A stretch of DNA of 64,000 nt from Candidatus Poribacteria bacterium (GCA_965208675.1 OZ242351.1:448001-512000); one strand, 5' to 3'. Positions 1-11,347 are shown, counted from the stretch's first letter. The notes: generated by a model not told the origin, from the letters alone. Numbers and translations are program-made.

Positions 1-21
1 TTAAATCACAAACGCGCCACG

Positions 22-3000
22 GTGGGATGCAGAACATCACAGGGGGAATTGAAGTTGAATCGCAAATGCGCCCTCCTCGCCAAATCGCCGCTTGATGTTA
101 CGTGGAATTGCCTCGCGTTGATGTTAATTTTGGGAATCTTGATTTTTTTGCAACCTATCCCAGCAACTTTTGGAGCGCGAAGCGAATCCCCAACTCCGAT
201 TGAGCATTATCCCGGAATCACGCCTGGCGAACTCCTGATTCGCGTGACACCTGAAGCACAGAAGGAAGCAGAGCTGCTGCACGCCAAAGCGGCGATACAT
301 AAACTCCACAATCAGATGGGAGTCCAGTCCTTTCGCCGCGTATTACCGCACGTTGCATGTCCGGAATTCAACCCCAATTTAGTACGCATTTATTTGCTGC
401 GTTTTCCAGTTTCGGCAAATCTACACGCACTCAAAGCGGCGTATGCCGCATCTCCGCTAATTGAGGCGGTCGCATTTAACTATCTCCGCCCAACCCAGGA
501 ATCCATAGCTCTGCCCAACGATCCGCTGATTGAGGAGCAGTGGAATGTACTTCTCACCAATATGCCGGAGGCTTGGCTGATCGAGAAGGGCGATCCCAGT
601 ATAGTCATCGCCGTGGTTGACTCTGGAATTGATTATCAACACGAGGATCTTGCCTCGCAAATTTGGGTCAATCTCAACGAAATTCCTGATAATGGGATGG
701 ACGACGACCATAACGGTTACGTCGATGATATTCGGGGGTGGGATTTTACCGATGCGCCGAATGTTGCGGCTGAAGGGGATTTTTTGGAAGGTGATAACGA
801 TCCAATTGATGAAACTGGACACGGTACGCACGTCGCCGGTATTGCCGCCGCATCAGGAGATAACGGGATTGGCATCGCCGGCGTGGCTTGGAATTGTAAG
901 CTGATGGCTGTTCGCACCGGACACTCTGTTGCGGGTGTCTCAGGTCTGCAGGACGATGATTCTTCGGCGGCAATTGTCTATGCAGTTGATAACGGTGCGA
1001 GAATTATCAACATGAGCTGGGGAAGCAGTTCAAGTTCGTTTGTAATTCGAGATGTAATTGATTACGCATACGCGCGCGGTGTGCTTCTCGTTGCTGCAGC
1101 CGGAAATGACTTTCAAAATCAGGTCATTTACCCGGCAGGTTATCGCAAGGTTATCGCTGTCGCTGCAACCGACCAGAACAAAAGTAGATTTTATCAATCA
1201 AATTTTGGCGCATCAATAGATATCGGCGCACCAGGCAACGTAATATTGAGTACACAGATAAACAATCAATACCGACTTCTCACAGGCACGTCAATGGCGG
1301 CGCCGCATGTCTGCGGAGCGGCGGCGCTGGTAATGTCGAAGCGCCCGAGCCTGACGCATGAGGACGTTCGGAACATCCTCATCTCTACGTCTGATGCGAT
1401 TACAGATAGTCCAGAGCTCGTTGGCGCCGGACATCTGAACGCTGGGCGAGCGGTGATGGCAAGCGGTTCGCTGCAAGGGCGAATGTTTTCGCCGGAGACT
1501 AACAGCGGTGGATCGGACAGCATGGAGATAATCGGAACCGCCGGTGGATTTAGGTTTTCGACCTGGCAGTTGATGTATGGAGAATCTAGGACACCGGATA
1601 CATTTTTTCCCATCAATACACCGAGCAGTCGGCAAAAATCCGGCGAAACCTTGCTCGAGTGGAATACTTCCGAGGTACCGGAAGGCGCTTATACCCTCCG
1701 TCTCGAAGTAACTGGGCACGATGACAAAAAGGTGCACGATGAGGTTGTCGTGTCGGTGGACCGAACCGCCCCCGTAGTTCAGAACGTGAAAGTGCGGGAG
1801 TTGATTTCTATGGATAGCTTTGCCACGGTTATCACTTGGTCGACGGATGACTTCACAATCAACACGTTGAGCCAGCGGGCACGCCAAGGACTCGCGCCGT
1901 TCTCGCCAATTGAGGAAAACTCGGCAAGCCGGGAACATGTTTTTTCGCTGCCGCTCAGCGCGGGCAGTTACGACTTTTTTATCACCTCTCGCAACGCGTC
2001 GGGACTAGAGACAGTAGACAACAATGATGGTAAATTCTATAGCACCGGCGTAATTGGCGGAACTATTTCACCGAACGGCTTCACGCAAACGTCGTCGGAG
2101 CTTTCCCCCATGCACCTTGCTTCCAAACCGGCGGATTTCGATCAGGATGGGCAGTTTGAAATCGTTGGCATTTCATTGGAGAATTTGAAAAACCGTACGC
2201 TTACCGGCGTTGAAATCTACGAGCGGTCTCATCAACTTCAACACATCGGCAGTACGAATTATATACCGCGGGAGGTCGGTGATACAGATGGCGATGGATT
2301 GTTGGAAATTTTGGGCAGCTCAGATGAGCGCACATTTCTAATCGAGAGTGCAAAGCATGATGGTTATCCTGAAAATGTCATTTGGGAATTCCCTTTTATC
2401 TCGTCTGCGCAGATTGCGGACCTTGACGGCGATGGGCGAAAAGAGATTATTGGACCCGACAACAACAACAATCGCATTCTTATCTTCGAAAATCGTGGAA
2501 ACGACGCCTATGAAGAAATTATCAGCATTGAGAACAACACACCCGGAACGAATGCATTTGGAGAACGGTTTGCTATCGGCGATTTCAACAACAATGGCCG
2601 TATGGAATTGATGGTGGGAGACAGTGAAGGCGAGTTATTTGTCTACGAATCCGTGGGAAACGACCTGCTTGTTGAAACGTGGAGGGATAAGATAGATGTC
2701 GAAGATGCCCATCTGCTCGCGGCAGGCGATCTTACGGGAGATAGAATTCCCGAGTTCGTGGTGGGCGGATCGGTATCGCAGGCAAATCTTCCTTCGCTGC
2801 CGCCAAACTGGGAATTCCGTGTGTTTACCGCTTTCCCTCCTCCTGATTTCTCAACGTCATCAAATAAAAACGGTGATTCGCTATTTCAATCTATAGCCTC
2901 ACAGGAGATTACTCCATATCACTTATACGGTAACAGCATTGCCATCGGCGATGTTGACGGCGATACGGCGAATGAGATGGTGGTTGTCGCGAATCCGAGC

Positions 3001-4158
3001 ATCTATGTGTTCAAACTGCTCTCGCAAACGACTACTGAGACCGGAAAAGGGGTTCTTCCTCCCCTTGCGGATGAAGGTCGGCCGGTACTCGCCTTAACTC
3101 CAGTCTGGCACCACGATGCTGGAGAAACCCCAAGCATATTACTCGCCGATCTAAATCGCAACGGGTTCAGTGAGTTATTTTTTAACGATCAAGAAAATCT
3201 CTCGGTTTTTGAACATGTACACGCTGGCAACCCAAACGCCGCAGTTGATGTTCAGCCGTGGGGTTTATCGGCAAATCCGCTGACTGCGCGTGTGGTCCAA
3301 CTGGAGTGGCAAGCACCAGAGGACGCCGCCCGCTTTACAGTGTATCGGGCAGTTGGCGCGTCAACCGCGCAAGATGCCGACTCGCCTCCTACATCTGCGT
3401 TTAAAATAGTGGGTCAAAATTTGGATCGCCCGGGTTTTCTTGACCGAAACGTCACGAAGGACACAACCTATTGGTATGCAGTCACCGGGGCTAATGAGCA
3501 GGGCGTAGAGACAGATAGGACCGAAGCAGTTTCAGTAACGCCGCGCACATCCCCAAAGTTGATTGGCGCTGAATACATTCGTTCAAACCAGGTGGTGGTT
3601 GTTTTTGATAAACGAATGGGGCCGTCCGCCGGTAATGAAAACCGTTATCAGTTGCGCGAGCCGGACCAACTTGCCGGCGTCCGGCCGGTCTCAGCCATTA
3701 GGGATCGAATGGGGACGCGAACCATCCTTACATTTCGAGATGAAGACCTAATCCCCGGACATACGTATGAGATTTCGGTTGACGGGGAGGTGCAGGACAT
3801 CGATCGAAATCGAATTGATTTGCGAGCGATATCGCAGGCAATTGAGATTCCGGTCGAAGCCGATTCAGCCGATCTAAATGACTTTACGCGCACGATTGTG
3901 TATCCCAATCCCATTCAGCCGAACGAGTTTCACAAAAGCGCAGTCACATTTGAACGTGTTCCAACGGGGACAGAGATTGGGATTTATAATGTAAACGGAG
4001 ATTTGCTTGAAAAATTGACGGTGACAGAAAACGACCGCGGACGCAAGGAGTGGCTTCTATTGAGCGATGGATATTCAGAGGTAACCACCGGGCTTTACAT
4101 CTACACTATGCAATTTGACGAACTGAAAAAGATTGGGAAGATAGCGGTGATTAAATAG
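22..4158 (+). CDS. Secreted S8 (subtilase) serine protease with FG-GAP/VCBS-like repeats, FN3/Ig-like domains and a C-terminal YPNP (FlgD-Ig/T9SS-like) domain
   Basis: Catalytic triad motifs VVDSG, HGTHVAG and GTSMAAP; repeated DxDGDG motifs; 'IVYPNP' near the C-terminus; hydrophobic signal-like N-terminus. The true start may be ATG 121. Confidence 0.9.
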   Translation: MGCRTSQGELKLNRKCALLAKSPLDVTWNCLALMLILGILIFLQPIPATFGARSESPTPIEHYPGITPGELLIRVTPEAQKEAELLHAKAAIHKLHNQMGVQSFRRVLPHVACPEFNPNLVRIYLLRFPVSANLHALKAAYAASPLIEAVAFNYLRPTQESIALPNDPLIEEQWNVLLTNMPEAWLIEKGDPSIVIAVVDSGIDYQHEDLASQIWVNLNEIPDNGMDDDHNGYVDDIRGWDFTDAPNVAAEGDFLEGDNDPIDETGHGTHVAGIAAASGDNGIGIAGVAWNCKLMAVRTGHSVAGVSGLQDDDSSAAIVYAVDNGARIINMSWGSSSSSFVIRDVIDYAYARGVLLVAAAGNDFQNQVIYPAGYRKVIAVAATDQNKSRFYQSNFGASIDIGAPGNVILSTQINNQYRLLTGTSMAAPHVCGAAALVMSKRPSLTHEDVRNILISTSDAITDSPELVGAGHLNAGRAVMASGSLQGRMFSPETNSGGSDSMEIIGTAGGFRFSTWQLMYGESRTPDTFFPINTPSSRQKSGETLLEWNTSEVPEGAYTLRLEVTGHDDKKVHDEVVVSVDRTAPVVQNVKVRELISMDSFATVITWSTDDFTINTLSQRARQGLAPFSPIEENSASREHVFSLPLSAGSYDFFITSRNASGLETVDNNDGKFYSTGVIGGTISPNGFTQTSSELSPMHLASKPADFDQDGQFEIVGISLENLKNRTLTGVEIYERSHQLQHIGSTNYIPREVGDTDGDGLLEILGSSDERTFLIESAKHDGYPENVIWEFPFISSAQIADLDGDGRKEIIGPDNNNNRILIFENRGNDAYEEIISIENNTPGTNAFGERFAIGDFNNNGRMELMVGDSEGELFVYESVGNDLLVETWRDKIDVEDAHLLAAGDLTGDRIPEFVVGGSVSQANLPSLPPNWEFRVFTAFPPPDFSTSSNKNGDSLFQSIASQEITPYHLYGNSIAIGDVDGDTANEMVVVANPSIYVFKLLSQTTTETGKGVLPPLADEGRPVLALTPVWHHDAGETPSILLADLNRNGFSELFFNDQENLSVFEHVHAGNPNAAVDVQPWGLSANPLTARVVQLEWQAPEDAARFTVYRAVGASTAQDADSPPTSAFKIVGQNLDRPGFLDRNVTKDTTYWYAVTGANEQGVETDRTEAVSVTPRTSPKLIGAEYIRSNQVVVVFDKRMGPSAGNENRYQLREPDQLAGVRPVSAIRDRMGTRTILTFRDEDLIPGHTYEISVDGEVQDIDRNRIDLRAISQAIEIPVEADSADLNDFTRTIVYPNPIQPNEFHKSAVTFERVPTGTEIGIYNVNGDLLEKLTVTENDRGRKEWLLLSDGYSEVTTGLYIYTMQFDELKKIGKIAVIK

Positions 4159-4224
4159 AATATCCGGAACTTAGTGCATAAACTGCATTTGAATTCACCC
4201 ACCGTAACTTACGCAGTCTGTAAG

Positions 4225-5067
4225 TCATAAACCCGCTGATGCCGCCTTCGAACCACGAGTTTTTATTTTTGTCAAGGCTTTGGTAGCGCATTCACGAACT
4301 TCATTATCAGAGTCCTTTAACGAGCGTGTCAATTCCGGGATTGCGTCAGAATCGCCTATCATTCCCAGCGCGTTGACTGCATTCCACCGTACCCAACGAT
4401 GTTCATCGCGAAGCGCCTGTAACAACGTGGGAACTGCAATGGAATCTCCGATTTTGCCCAACGCTCCCGCCGCATTCATACGGACGTGCTCTACCGGGTC
4501 GTTCAATGCCTGAGTTAAGGCGGAGACGGCAGTCGTGTTGCCGATTTTATATAAGGCATCACCGGCATTCATGCGGACTCCCTCGTCCGCATCACCCAAT
4601 GCTGTTACTAAGGCGGGAACTGCGGCGCTGTCTCCTATTTGTCCGAGCGCACCTATAGCATTTACCCGCAAAGCTGAAGCCTTATCACCCAAAATTTTGA
4701 TTAAGGCATCAACAGCTTGCCTTGCCGGTTTGCCTATATTTTTCAATGTTCTTGCCGCATACGTGCAAACGTCCTTGTCTCTGTCGCTTAACGCCTCGAT
4801 TAATGCAGGAACTGCCTCTTTAGCGTATACGCCCATCTCGCTCATAGTGATAAGCGTGTTTAAGCGAACCTCCTTATCCGGATTGTCCAAAGCCTTTATC
4901 AATGCTGGAATTTCCCTTACCAACGCCTGTCTCGCTTCGGGGGTATCAATTACGCTGCTCAAGACACTCGCAGCGTAAACGCGGACCCGTTCATCGGAAT
5001 CTCCTAGTTTCCTAATCCATTTCTGAATCACTAAGTACGCTCCTACGCTGTTTGATTCCAAGTGCAA
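4225..5067 (-). CDS. HEAT-repeat (PBS lyase-like) protein
   Basis: Tandem ~31-aa repeats of the type 'AVPAL..AL.D....VR.NAA.ALG.IGD'. Confidence 0.9.
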   Translation of the reverse strand: MHLESNSVGAYLVIQKWIRKLGDSDERVRVYAASVLSSVIDTPEARQALVREIPALIKALDNPDKEVRLNTLITMSEMGVYAKEAVPALIEALSDRDKDVCTYAARTLKNIGKPARQAVDALIKILGDKASALRVNAIGALGQIGDSAAVPALVTALGDADEGVRMNAGDALYKIGNTTAVSALTQALNDPVEHVRMNAAGALGKIGDSIAVPTLLQALRDEHRWVRWNAVNALGMIGDSDAIPELTRSLKDSDNEVRECATKALTKIKTRGSKAASAGL

Positions 5068-5112
5068 GAAATCATTCCGAATACCGGCTGTAAGTCGAGA
5101 TGCTGACGGTGT

Positions 5113-7023
5113 TCAAAAATTATCCACGGCATATTTCAAAATTACGCCACGATCGCCAACGATCCAACCGTTTTCAGAATCAGTCATGGAAATTGAATTA
5201 AGATTATGTCGGGTTTCGCACCATTGCGGTCGCCAGTTTTCACCGCCGTCAATGGTGTGAAGGACGATTCCCTCGCCGCCTACAGCCCAACCCTCGTTAT
5301 GGGTGAGAAAGAAAACATCGTTTAGTGAAGCCTGGATGTAGGACTTTTGGCGTCCCCAAGACTTGCCGCCGTCTGTTGTGTGCAAAATCAACCCGCCGAC
5401 GCCGACTACCCACCCGGTTAACTGATTTGTGAAATGGACTCCTAGCAACCATATCTCACCGAGATTGGTTTGCAAAGACCATTTTGCCCCGCCATCTCCT
5501 GTATGGAGGATTGCCCCGCCTTGACCGACAATCCAGCCATTTTGCGAATCGGCGAAATGAACCCCAAATAGATGACGAGTGACACTGCTCTGTTGTCGTT
5601 CCCAACTCCTTCCGCCGTTTGTAGTATGCAAAATTTCTCCGCTTTCCCCAACAACCCAGCCCTTTTCATCATCAATAAAAAAGACACCCAAAAGGTCATT
5701 CGTCGATTCTGCCTCCTGCAGCGCCCATGTACTGCCGCCATCACTAGTGTGAATAATTGTTCCCCATTCCGCGACCGCCCATCCGAGCTGGTCGTTGATG
5801 AAATGGGTTGAACCAAAACATTCCATCGTCCGGCTGTCTTGCGGGTTCCAACTTCTACCCCCGTCTTTAGTGTAAAGCACTACCCCGCGATCGCCAACGC
5901 CATACCCGGTTTGGTCGGAGACAAAATGTACGTCCGCCAAGAAATAACTTTGCAATGCCTGAAGTGTCCATGTTTTGCCTCCATTCCCCGTGTGGAGGAT
6001 TGTACCAAATTCGCCGACCGCCCATCCAGTTTGATTATCCACGAAATGAATACCAAACAGGACGCTATCGCCTCCAATATGGGGTGTTGGCCCGCCTCTC
6101 TGATGATTCCATGTATTGCCTCCGTCGTCTGTATGCAAGATTGCGCCTAAATCTCCGGCAATCCAACCGCGCTGCGAATCAGTAAAGCAGAAGTCGTAAA
6201 GCGTGAAACTGTGTAAGGGTTCATCACCGGTTTTCAATCGTTGTCCGTAGGTGGTTTCGTGCCGCTTGTTTGAACCGTGTGTGAGATGCCTCCAAGTTTT
6301 CCCGCCATCCGTTGTTGCAAGTATTGTTCGTCTATCGCCGACAATCCATCCTCTACTGGGATCGGCAAAAAAAACGTCTGACAACCTGTAACGGACCCCC
6401 GTATCTTGGTAATGCCAAGTTTTTCCGCCATCGCTGGTACGGTATGTCAGACCTTCGTAGCTAACCGTCCACCCGTGCTGCGGATCAAGAAAATGAAGTC
6501 CCCGCAGGGAACTACCCCCAAGCCCCTGCGCGCGATTCTCCCAAGTGTCGCCGCCATTTTGAGTATACAGTGCGGTTCCAAAATCGCCGACCGCCCATCC
6601 CTCACGTGCAGAGAAAAAGTGGAGATCGAAGAGATTATTGAAAGTGTTTGACGCCTGTTTGTCCCATGTGCTTCCACCATCACTTGTGTGTAAAATCACG
6701 CCGTTGTCGCCGGCAATCCACCCTGACCGATGGTCCACAAACATGACCGATCTTAACGCATGCTGCGTTTCGCTGGCTTGCGGTTTCCAGGTTTCGCCGC
6801 CATCGACGGTGTACGCGATTACGCTATCAAATTCTTCTTCAATTGTATTGCCTTCGTTGTTGCCGACAGCCCATCCCGTTTTCTCATCAATAAAAAATAC
6901 ATCGTAAAACCGCGTTTCCCAATCCGCACGTCGAATTATTTTCCACCGCCCCGATTTCTGCTTTTGATTCCTCGTGCATCCAATCATTCCTAAAACGAGC
7001 GGCAGAATAATCAGAAAAATCAT
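5113..7023 (-). CDS. YCF48-related beta-propeller repeat (lipo)protein
   Basis: Many 'V.F.D...GW.VG..G.ILHT.DGG.TW' repeats; signal peptide with a lipobox-like MIGC from ATG 7023 (the ORF extends to 7131). Confidence 0.85.
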   Translation of the reverse strand: MIFLIILPLVLGMIGCTRNQKQKSGRWKIIRRADWETRFYDVFFIDEKTGWAVGNNEGNTIEEEFDSVIAYTVDGGETWKPQASETQHALRSVMFVDHRSGWIAGDNGVILHTSDGGSTWDKQASNTFNNLFDLHFFSAREGWAVGDFGTALYTQNGGDTWENRAQGLGGSSLRGLHFLDPQHGWTVSYEGLTYRTSDGGKTWHYQDTGVRYRLSDVFFADPSRGWIVGDRRTILATTDGGKTWRHLTHGSNKRHETTYGQRLKTGDEPLHSFTLYDFCFTDSQRGWIAGDLGAILHTDDGGNTWNHQRGGPTPHIGGDSVLFGIHFVDNQTGWAVGEFGTILHTGNGGKTWTLQALQSYFLADVHFVSDQTGYGVGDRGVVLYTKDGGRSWNPQDSRTMECFGSTHFINDQLGWAVAEWGTIIHTSDGGSTWALQEAESTNDLLGVFFIDDEKGWVVGESGEILHTTNGGRSWERQQSSVTRHLFGVHFADSQNGWIVGQGGAILHTGDGGAKWSLQTNLGEIWLLGVHFTNQLTGWVVGVGGLILHTTDGGKSWGRQKSYIQASLNDVFFLTHNEGWAVGGEGIVLHTIDGGENWRPQWCETRHNLNSISMTDSENGWIVGDRGVILKYAVDNF

Positions 7024-7131
7024 CCCGCGAATGAAATTTTGCCGGACGCATGAACTTCGAGCGGTGTCTATTTTCCAAAATGAGCATCTAAAATTATAGA
7101 TTGTGATTCTTGCATTTAGTCGGTGCACCAT

Positions 7132-8106
7132 TTACACGCACTGGTCCAGATCTGCTTTAACCATCATCTCAACGAGTTCTTCAAAGCCAACACTCGGTTT
7201 CCAGCCCAATTTTCGTTCCGCTTTGGTGTAATCTCCCTGAAGAATATTAACTTCCGCGGGTCGGTATAGGTTTTCATCTATTACGACGTAATCTTCATAG
7301 TTGAGATTAACGTAATCGAAGCAAATGCTTACATAGTCTTTAACGGAGTGAGCAACCCCGGTAGCAATGACATAGTCATCCGGTGCATCTTGCTGCAACA
7401 TAAGCCACATGGCACTCACATAATCGCCGGCGTATCCCCAATCTCGTTTAGCCGCTAAGTTCCCCAACCGTAACTCCGCGGCAAGTCCGCGTTTTATTTT
7501 TGCGGCTACGCTGGTTATCTTTCTCGTCACAAACTCGTAGCCGCGCCGCGGGGATTCATGGTTAAACAGAATCCCGCTGCAGGCGAAGATATCGTACGCC
7601 TCTCGATAATTCCGCGTCAAATGAAAGCCCGCTACTTTAGAGATTCCATAAGGTGAACGGGGATGGAAGCGAGTATCTTCATTTTGGGGAGTCTCCTCGG
7701 CATTTCCAAACATTTCACTCGACGCGGCAAAATAGAACCGGCACTCCGGAACATTCTCCTTGATGGCGGACAAGACATAATGCGTTCCGTTAATGTTTGT
7801 GTTGATCGTGGAAAATTCGTCTTCAAAGGAGTAGCTGACGAAACTTTGGGCAGCAAGATGATAACACTCATCCGGCTTCAAATTTTCAATCACCCTAAAT
7901 AAACTCGCGTAGCTCTCAAGGGATGCTGTGTGTAAATTTAATTTGTCAAGGATATGCTGGATTCGCCGGAGTCTATGTTCGGGATCTTCAAGTGCCACCC
8001 GCCTGATGATGCCGTGGACTTCATATCCTTTGGAAAGCAAAAATTCGGCGAGGTATGAGCCATCCTGCCCTGTAATACCCGTGATTAACGCCTTTCTCCT
8101 TCTCAT
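7132..8106 (-). CDS. gmd: GDP-mannose 4,6-dehydratase
   Basis: ALITGITGQDGSYLAE, LAAQS, SPYG.SK, GILFNHESPRRG and RDWG motifs. Confidence 0.95.
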   Translation of the reverse strand: MRRRKALITGITGQDGSYLAEFLLSKGYEVHGIIRRVALEDPEHRLRRIQHILDKLNLHTASLESYASLFRVIENLKPDECYHLAAQSFVSYSFEDEFSTINTNINGTHYVLSAIKENVPECRFYFAASSEMFGNAEETPQNEDTRFHPRSPYGISKVAGFHLTRNYREAYDIFACSGILFNHESPRRGYEFVTRKITSVAAKIKRGLAAELRLGNLAAKRDWGYAGDYVSAMWLMLQQDAPDDYVIATGVAHSVKDYVSICFDYVNLNYEDYVVIDENLYRPAEVNILQGDYTKAERKLGWKPSVGFEELVEMMVKADLDQCV

Positions 8107-8157
8107 GATTCCACCTTTGTTAGATCAGGTACAGCTAAGGCTGGGCTTGAGATGTGA

Positions 8158-8994
8158 TTATGGTGATGGGATTAGATTGCCTGTTCCGAACCCAATTTTC
8201 ATGCCCCTCGCCATCAGTTCCTGGCAACGAGGGCCGCTATTCGCAAGCAAGCCATCGCTGTAGATTATGCCGTGGCCCTCGGTAATACCGTTAAGGTATT
8301 GAACAAGCCAATCGTAGTGCTCTCGGTTTTTTTCGGGGGTTGTATTCTGGACACAAGTGACTCGGAGGATTCGCCTGCCGGGCCGCGGTTTCAAGGAGGC
8401 GTGGTATAACTTGTGATTCATGAAAATCACGTCTCCCGGCTCGTTCACGAGCGGATATTGGCCCGGCAACTCTGACGCTTTGAGCCCTAACTGGTTGCTG
8501 TGCTGGAAGTTTCCAACTGTATTGACTAGTGCATCTCGAAATTCTTTAAAATGGCTTCCCGGAATGACCGTTAGGCAGCCATCCTCAGGTCCAAGCGGGT
8601 CGAGATACAGTGCCGCCCGCATACTAAAGAAACCTTCGGGCGCAACGGTATCATGATGCCATGGCGTCCCGCCGCCATAGATGACTGCGCTGTGAGCCGC
8701 CATGATGTAGTCGCTGCCCATCAGTTGTTCAAAGACATCAAGGATACGTGCATCATCCAACAGTGGGTAAAACGCATCGGGGTCAGTGTCAAAAAACGGT
8801 ATCTCGTCCTGGCTCGCTGTCGAATAACCGTGTTCATCTTGGTTAAGCGCCGGTTCTGGTTTTCCGCCGCGTTGGCGTTCCATCGCCGCGTCGAAGGCGT
8901 CCGAGAGCGCCTGAATCTCATCGGGTGAAAACAGTTGCCTACACTGCAGGAAGCCCAACGTCTGAAAATGGATGACTTCGTCCGCGGTTATCAC
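8158..8994 (-). CDS. Phytanoyl-CoA dioxygenase (PhyH) family Fe(II)/2OG dioxygenase
   Basis: WHHD iron motif, DGCL.VIPGSH, distal His (LYHAS). Confidence 0.88.
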   Translation of the reverse strand: MITADEVIHFQTLGFLQCRQLFSPDEIQALSDAFDAAMERQRGGKPEPALNQDEHGYSTASQDEIPFFDTDPDAFYPLLDDARILDVFEQLMGSDYIMAAHSAVIYGGGTPWHHDTVAPEGFFSMRAALYLDPLGPEDGCLTVIPGSHFKEFRDALVNTVGNFQHSNQLGLKASELPGQYPLVNEPGDVIFMNHKLYHASLKPRPGRRILRVTCVQNTTPEKNREHYDWLVQYLNGITEGHGIIYSDGLLANSGPRCQELMARGMKIGFGTGNLIPSP

Positions 8995-9117
8995 GATTCT
9001 CGTTTCCTTTCTGGATTATCACTAAAGAGTTGTGGCGCGTATATTCTAATTAACTGTGGCGCCGTCTGTTCAATTGCTCAACCGATTCTAACACCGCGAT
9101 AAATTGGTTGGCTTGAT

Positions 9118-9939
9118 TTAGGTCAGGTCTTGTAGGTGAGTGACTCGCCCAGTGTTGCCAAATCCCAGTTCAATTGCCCGGTTCAGCATCTTTTTGCGGC
9201 GAGGACTTGCAGTCCGAATCAAACGATCGCTATAAAACCTGCCCCATCCGTTAGTCTCCCCGTTGAGAAAGCCCATGAGCCAATCGAAATGTCCGGTGCT
9301 CTTTTCGGGTGTCGCATTCTGGGTACAGTTGATATGGATAGCGCGCCGCCCGGGCTTATCGCTCAACGCGGAGTGAAACGTCTTGTGGTTCATATAAAGC
9401 ACATCGCCCGGTTCGTTGATAAGCGGGTATCGACCGGGTATATCTCCAGGTCCTTCCCCCACGTTGTTGATGTTGCTAGCAATCGTGTCGCGGTACTCCT
9501 TCATGTGGCTTCCCGGGATGACGTTGAGGCAGCCGTCTTCTGCGCTTAGGCGATCTAGATAGATTGCCGCCCTCATGCTAAAGATTCCTTCGGGTGCGCA
9601 GGCGTCATGATGCCAGCCGCTGCCGCCGGTATGGAGAATTCCTTCGCTGACGGTAAGGATAAAATCCTCACCCATCAGTTGTACCAGCGGCTCGACGATA
9701 CGCGCATCGTCCAGGAGCGGGTAGAATGTCTCGGGATCGTAGTCAAAGAAGGGTACAACCTGTTGTCTGGCTTCGCCTGGTTTCGGTTTTGGTGCACCGT
9801 CCCGCGCCTTTTCCATCGCTGTGTCGAAAGCATCGGAAATTACCTGCATCTCCCCTTTCGACAGTAGCCCCTTGCACAGGACAAAGCCTAACGTACGAAA
9901 ATGACGAATCTGTTCCTGAGTCAACATGTTAATCTCCAC
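9118..9939 (-). CDS. PhyH-family dioxygenase, paralogue of the adjacent gene
   Basis: WHHD, DGCLNVIPGSH, TFHSA; shares 'FYPLLDDARI' and 'FSMRAA.YLD' with 8158-8994. Confidence 0.88.
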   Translation of the reverse strand: MEINMLTQEQIRHFRTLGFVLCKGLLSKGEMQVISDAFDTAMEKARDGAPKPKPGEARQQVVPFFDYDPETFYPLLDDARIVEPLVQLMGEDFILTVSEGILHTGGSGWHHDACAPEGIFSMRAAIYLDRLSAEDGCLNVIPGSHMKEYRDTIASNINNVGEGPGDIPGRYPLINEPGDVLYMNHKTFHSALSDKPGRRAIHINCTQNATPEKSTGHFDWLMGFLNGETNGWGRFYSDRLIRTASPRRKKMLNRAIELGFGNTGRVTHLQDLT

Positions 9940-10095
9940 GCGGTAAAAGTGTCATATCAATTATTCTTTCGCGATGCAGCAATGCAGATGGCCACTGCAA
10001 CGGCAAATGCATTTGACGAAATCCAACTGTCATATTCCATCAAAATTTAACCTCCAATTGCGCGTTTTGGACGATTAAAGCCCGGTTTTCTTTGT

Positions 10096-11277
10096 TCATT
10101 GATTGCAAAAGTTTGTAATCAATTGCAATGCGCCGTTATCCTCAGCCTCTAACGTGATTTCGTCAAGACGAATCTCGCGCCTTTCTTGCGCTGAAAGATA
10201 AGACGCAAGAATGTAGCGTTTAATCTCCATGGCATTCTCACCCGAGTAAATCGGTTCTTCGCCCTCAATGATTGACTCTATGAAATGGCGGGTGCTTGCC
10301 ACAAAAGATGTGGACCAGTTACGCTCAGCCAACGATATGTCCGCCAAATAGGAATCCACTCTACCGTCAATGAATACCGCTATCGGTGGAAACACCGGGC
10401 TAGAAGACATATTGAAATTTTTGTACATCTCTCGATTTCCGGCGGCATCGCACTGGTTAATCCACATTATCCCTTTATCCCCAACGATTTCAACAAAATC
10501 ATCAAGCCAAAAATTGGAAGGTATTGACATTTGGGGAGAAAACGTGAAGTCAATCTGCGCGTATTTTGGGGATTCGTCGGGCGCGGTGCGAAATTTCGCA
10601 CGGATGAACGCGGGCGCGTCCAAACGTGTATCCGGGTCGATCCAACAGTCCACCGTTTCAAAATCTCGTTCCATAAACCATCTGACGACCGAGAATCGGT
10701 GAAATCCGTGATCGCCAATCAGTGGTCCGGACCCAGCCGTTTCAAGATTTCCCCGCCAGCTTGAAGCAGACCACGCCGACGGCCATTCGATGCCTCCTCG
10801 GATGCCTACCATCGTGCACGAACGTATGGTAAGCAATTCGCCAATTAAGCCGCCGTCAATCAACTCCTTGGCTTTGCTATAGATTGGATAGAACAACACA
10901 TTTTCAAAAACCCTGAGTTTTGCCCCGTTTGCCCGGCATGCCTCAATCATCCGGTTTGCCTCACGCAGATTAAGCCCCATCGGTTTCTGAACGCTGATGT
11001 TTTTCACCTTCGCCTCGGCGGCTTTCAACACCATAGGGCAATGCAGATTGTGCGGGGTCAAAATTTCAATGAGGTCTATCTTTTCCCGCTGGAGCATGTC
11101 TTCCAAGTTTGTATATAGCGCCACCTCGTATGGCAAATTCCATTTCCGCAACCGAGCTAGCGCTGTTTCCTTATCAATATCAGCCGCAGCGACAATTTTG
11201 GCATCCTCGTTGCCGATGTAACCCAACACGTGTTCGTCGCTTATAAATCCGAGACCGGCAAATCCAACCTTCAACAC
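10096..11277 (-). CDS. Gfo/Idh/MocA-family oxidoreductase
   Basis: N-terminal G.AGLGFI Rossmann motif, 'TPHNLH', 'QKPM' and 'DHGFH'. Confidence 0.88.
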   Translation of the reverse strand: MLKVGFAGLGFISDEHVLGYIGNEDAKIVAAADIDKETALARLRKWNLPYEVALYTNLEDMLQREKIDLIEILTPHNLHCPMVLKAAEAKVKNISVQKPMGLNLREANRMIEACRANGAKLRVFENVLFYPIYSKAKELIDGGLIGELLTIRSCTMVGIRGGIEWPSAWSASSWRGNLETAGSGPLIGDHGFHRFSVVRWFMERDFETVDCWIDPDTRLDAPAFIRAKFRTAPDESPKYAQIDFTFSPQMSIPSNFWLDDFVEIVGDKGIMWINQCDAAGNREMYKNFNMSSSPVFPPIAVFIDGRVDSYLADISLAERNWSTSFVASTRHFIESIIEGEEPIYSGENAMEIKRYILASYLSAQERREIRLDEITLEAEDNGALQLITNFCNQ

Positions 11278-11347
11278 AGTCGTTTCACCTTTTTATCAGT
11301 TGTTGCAACTCTTTTTATGATTGCCGCGCGGCATATCGGACATCAAA

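Noticed and set aside
3035-3090. Small hairpin-like insertion (AAGGGG...CCCCTT) inside the S8 protease gene
   Set aside because: It is too short and too unlike the C6/G6 repeat to call without homologue alignments.
5113-7023. YCF48 as evidence of photosynthesis
   Set aside because: It is a generic beta-propeller repeat common in non-phototrophs, and no photosystem genes are present.
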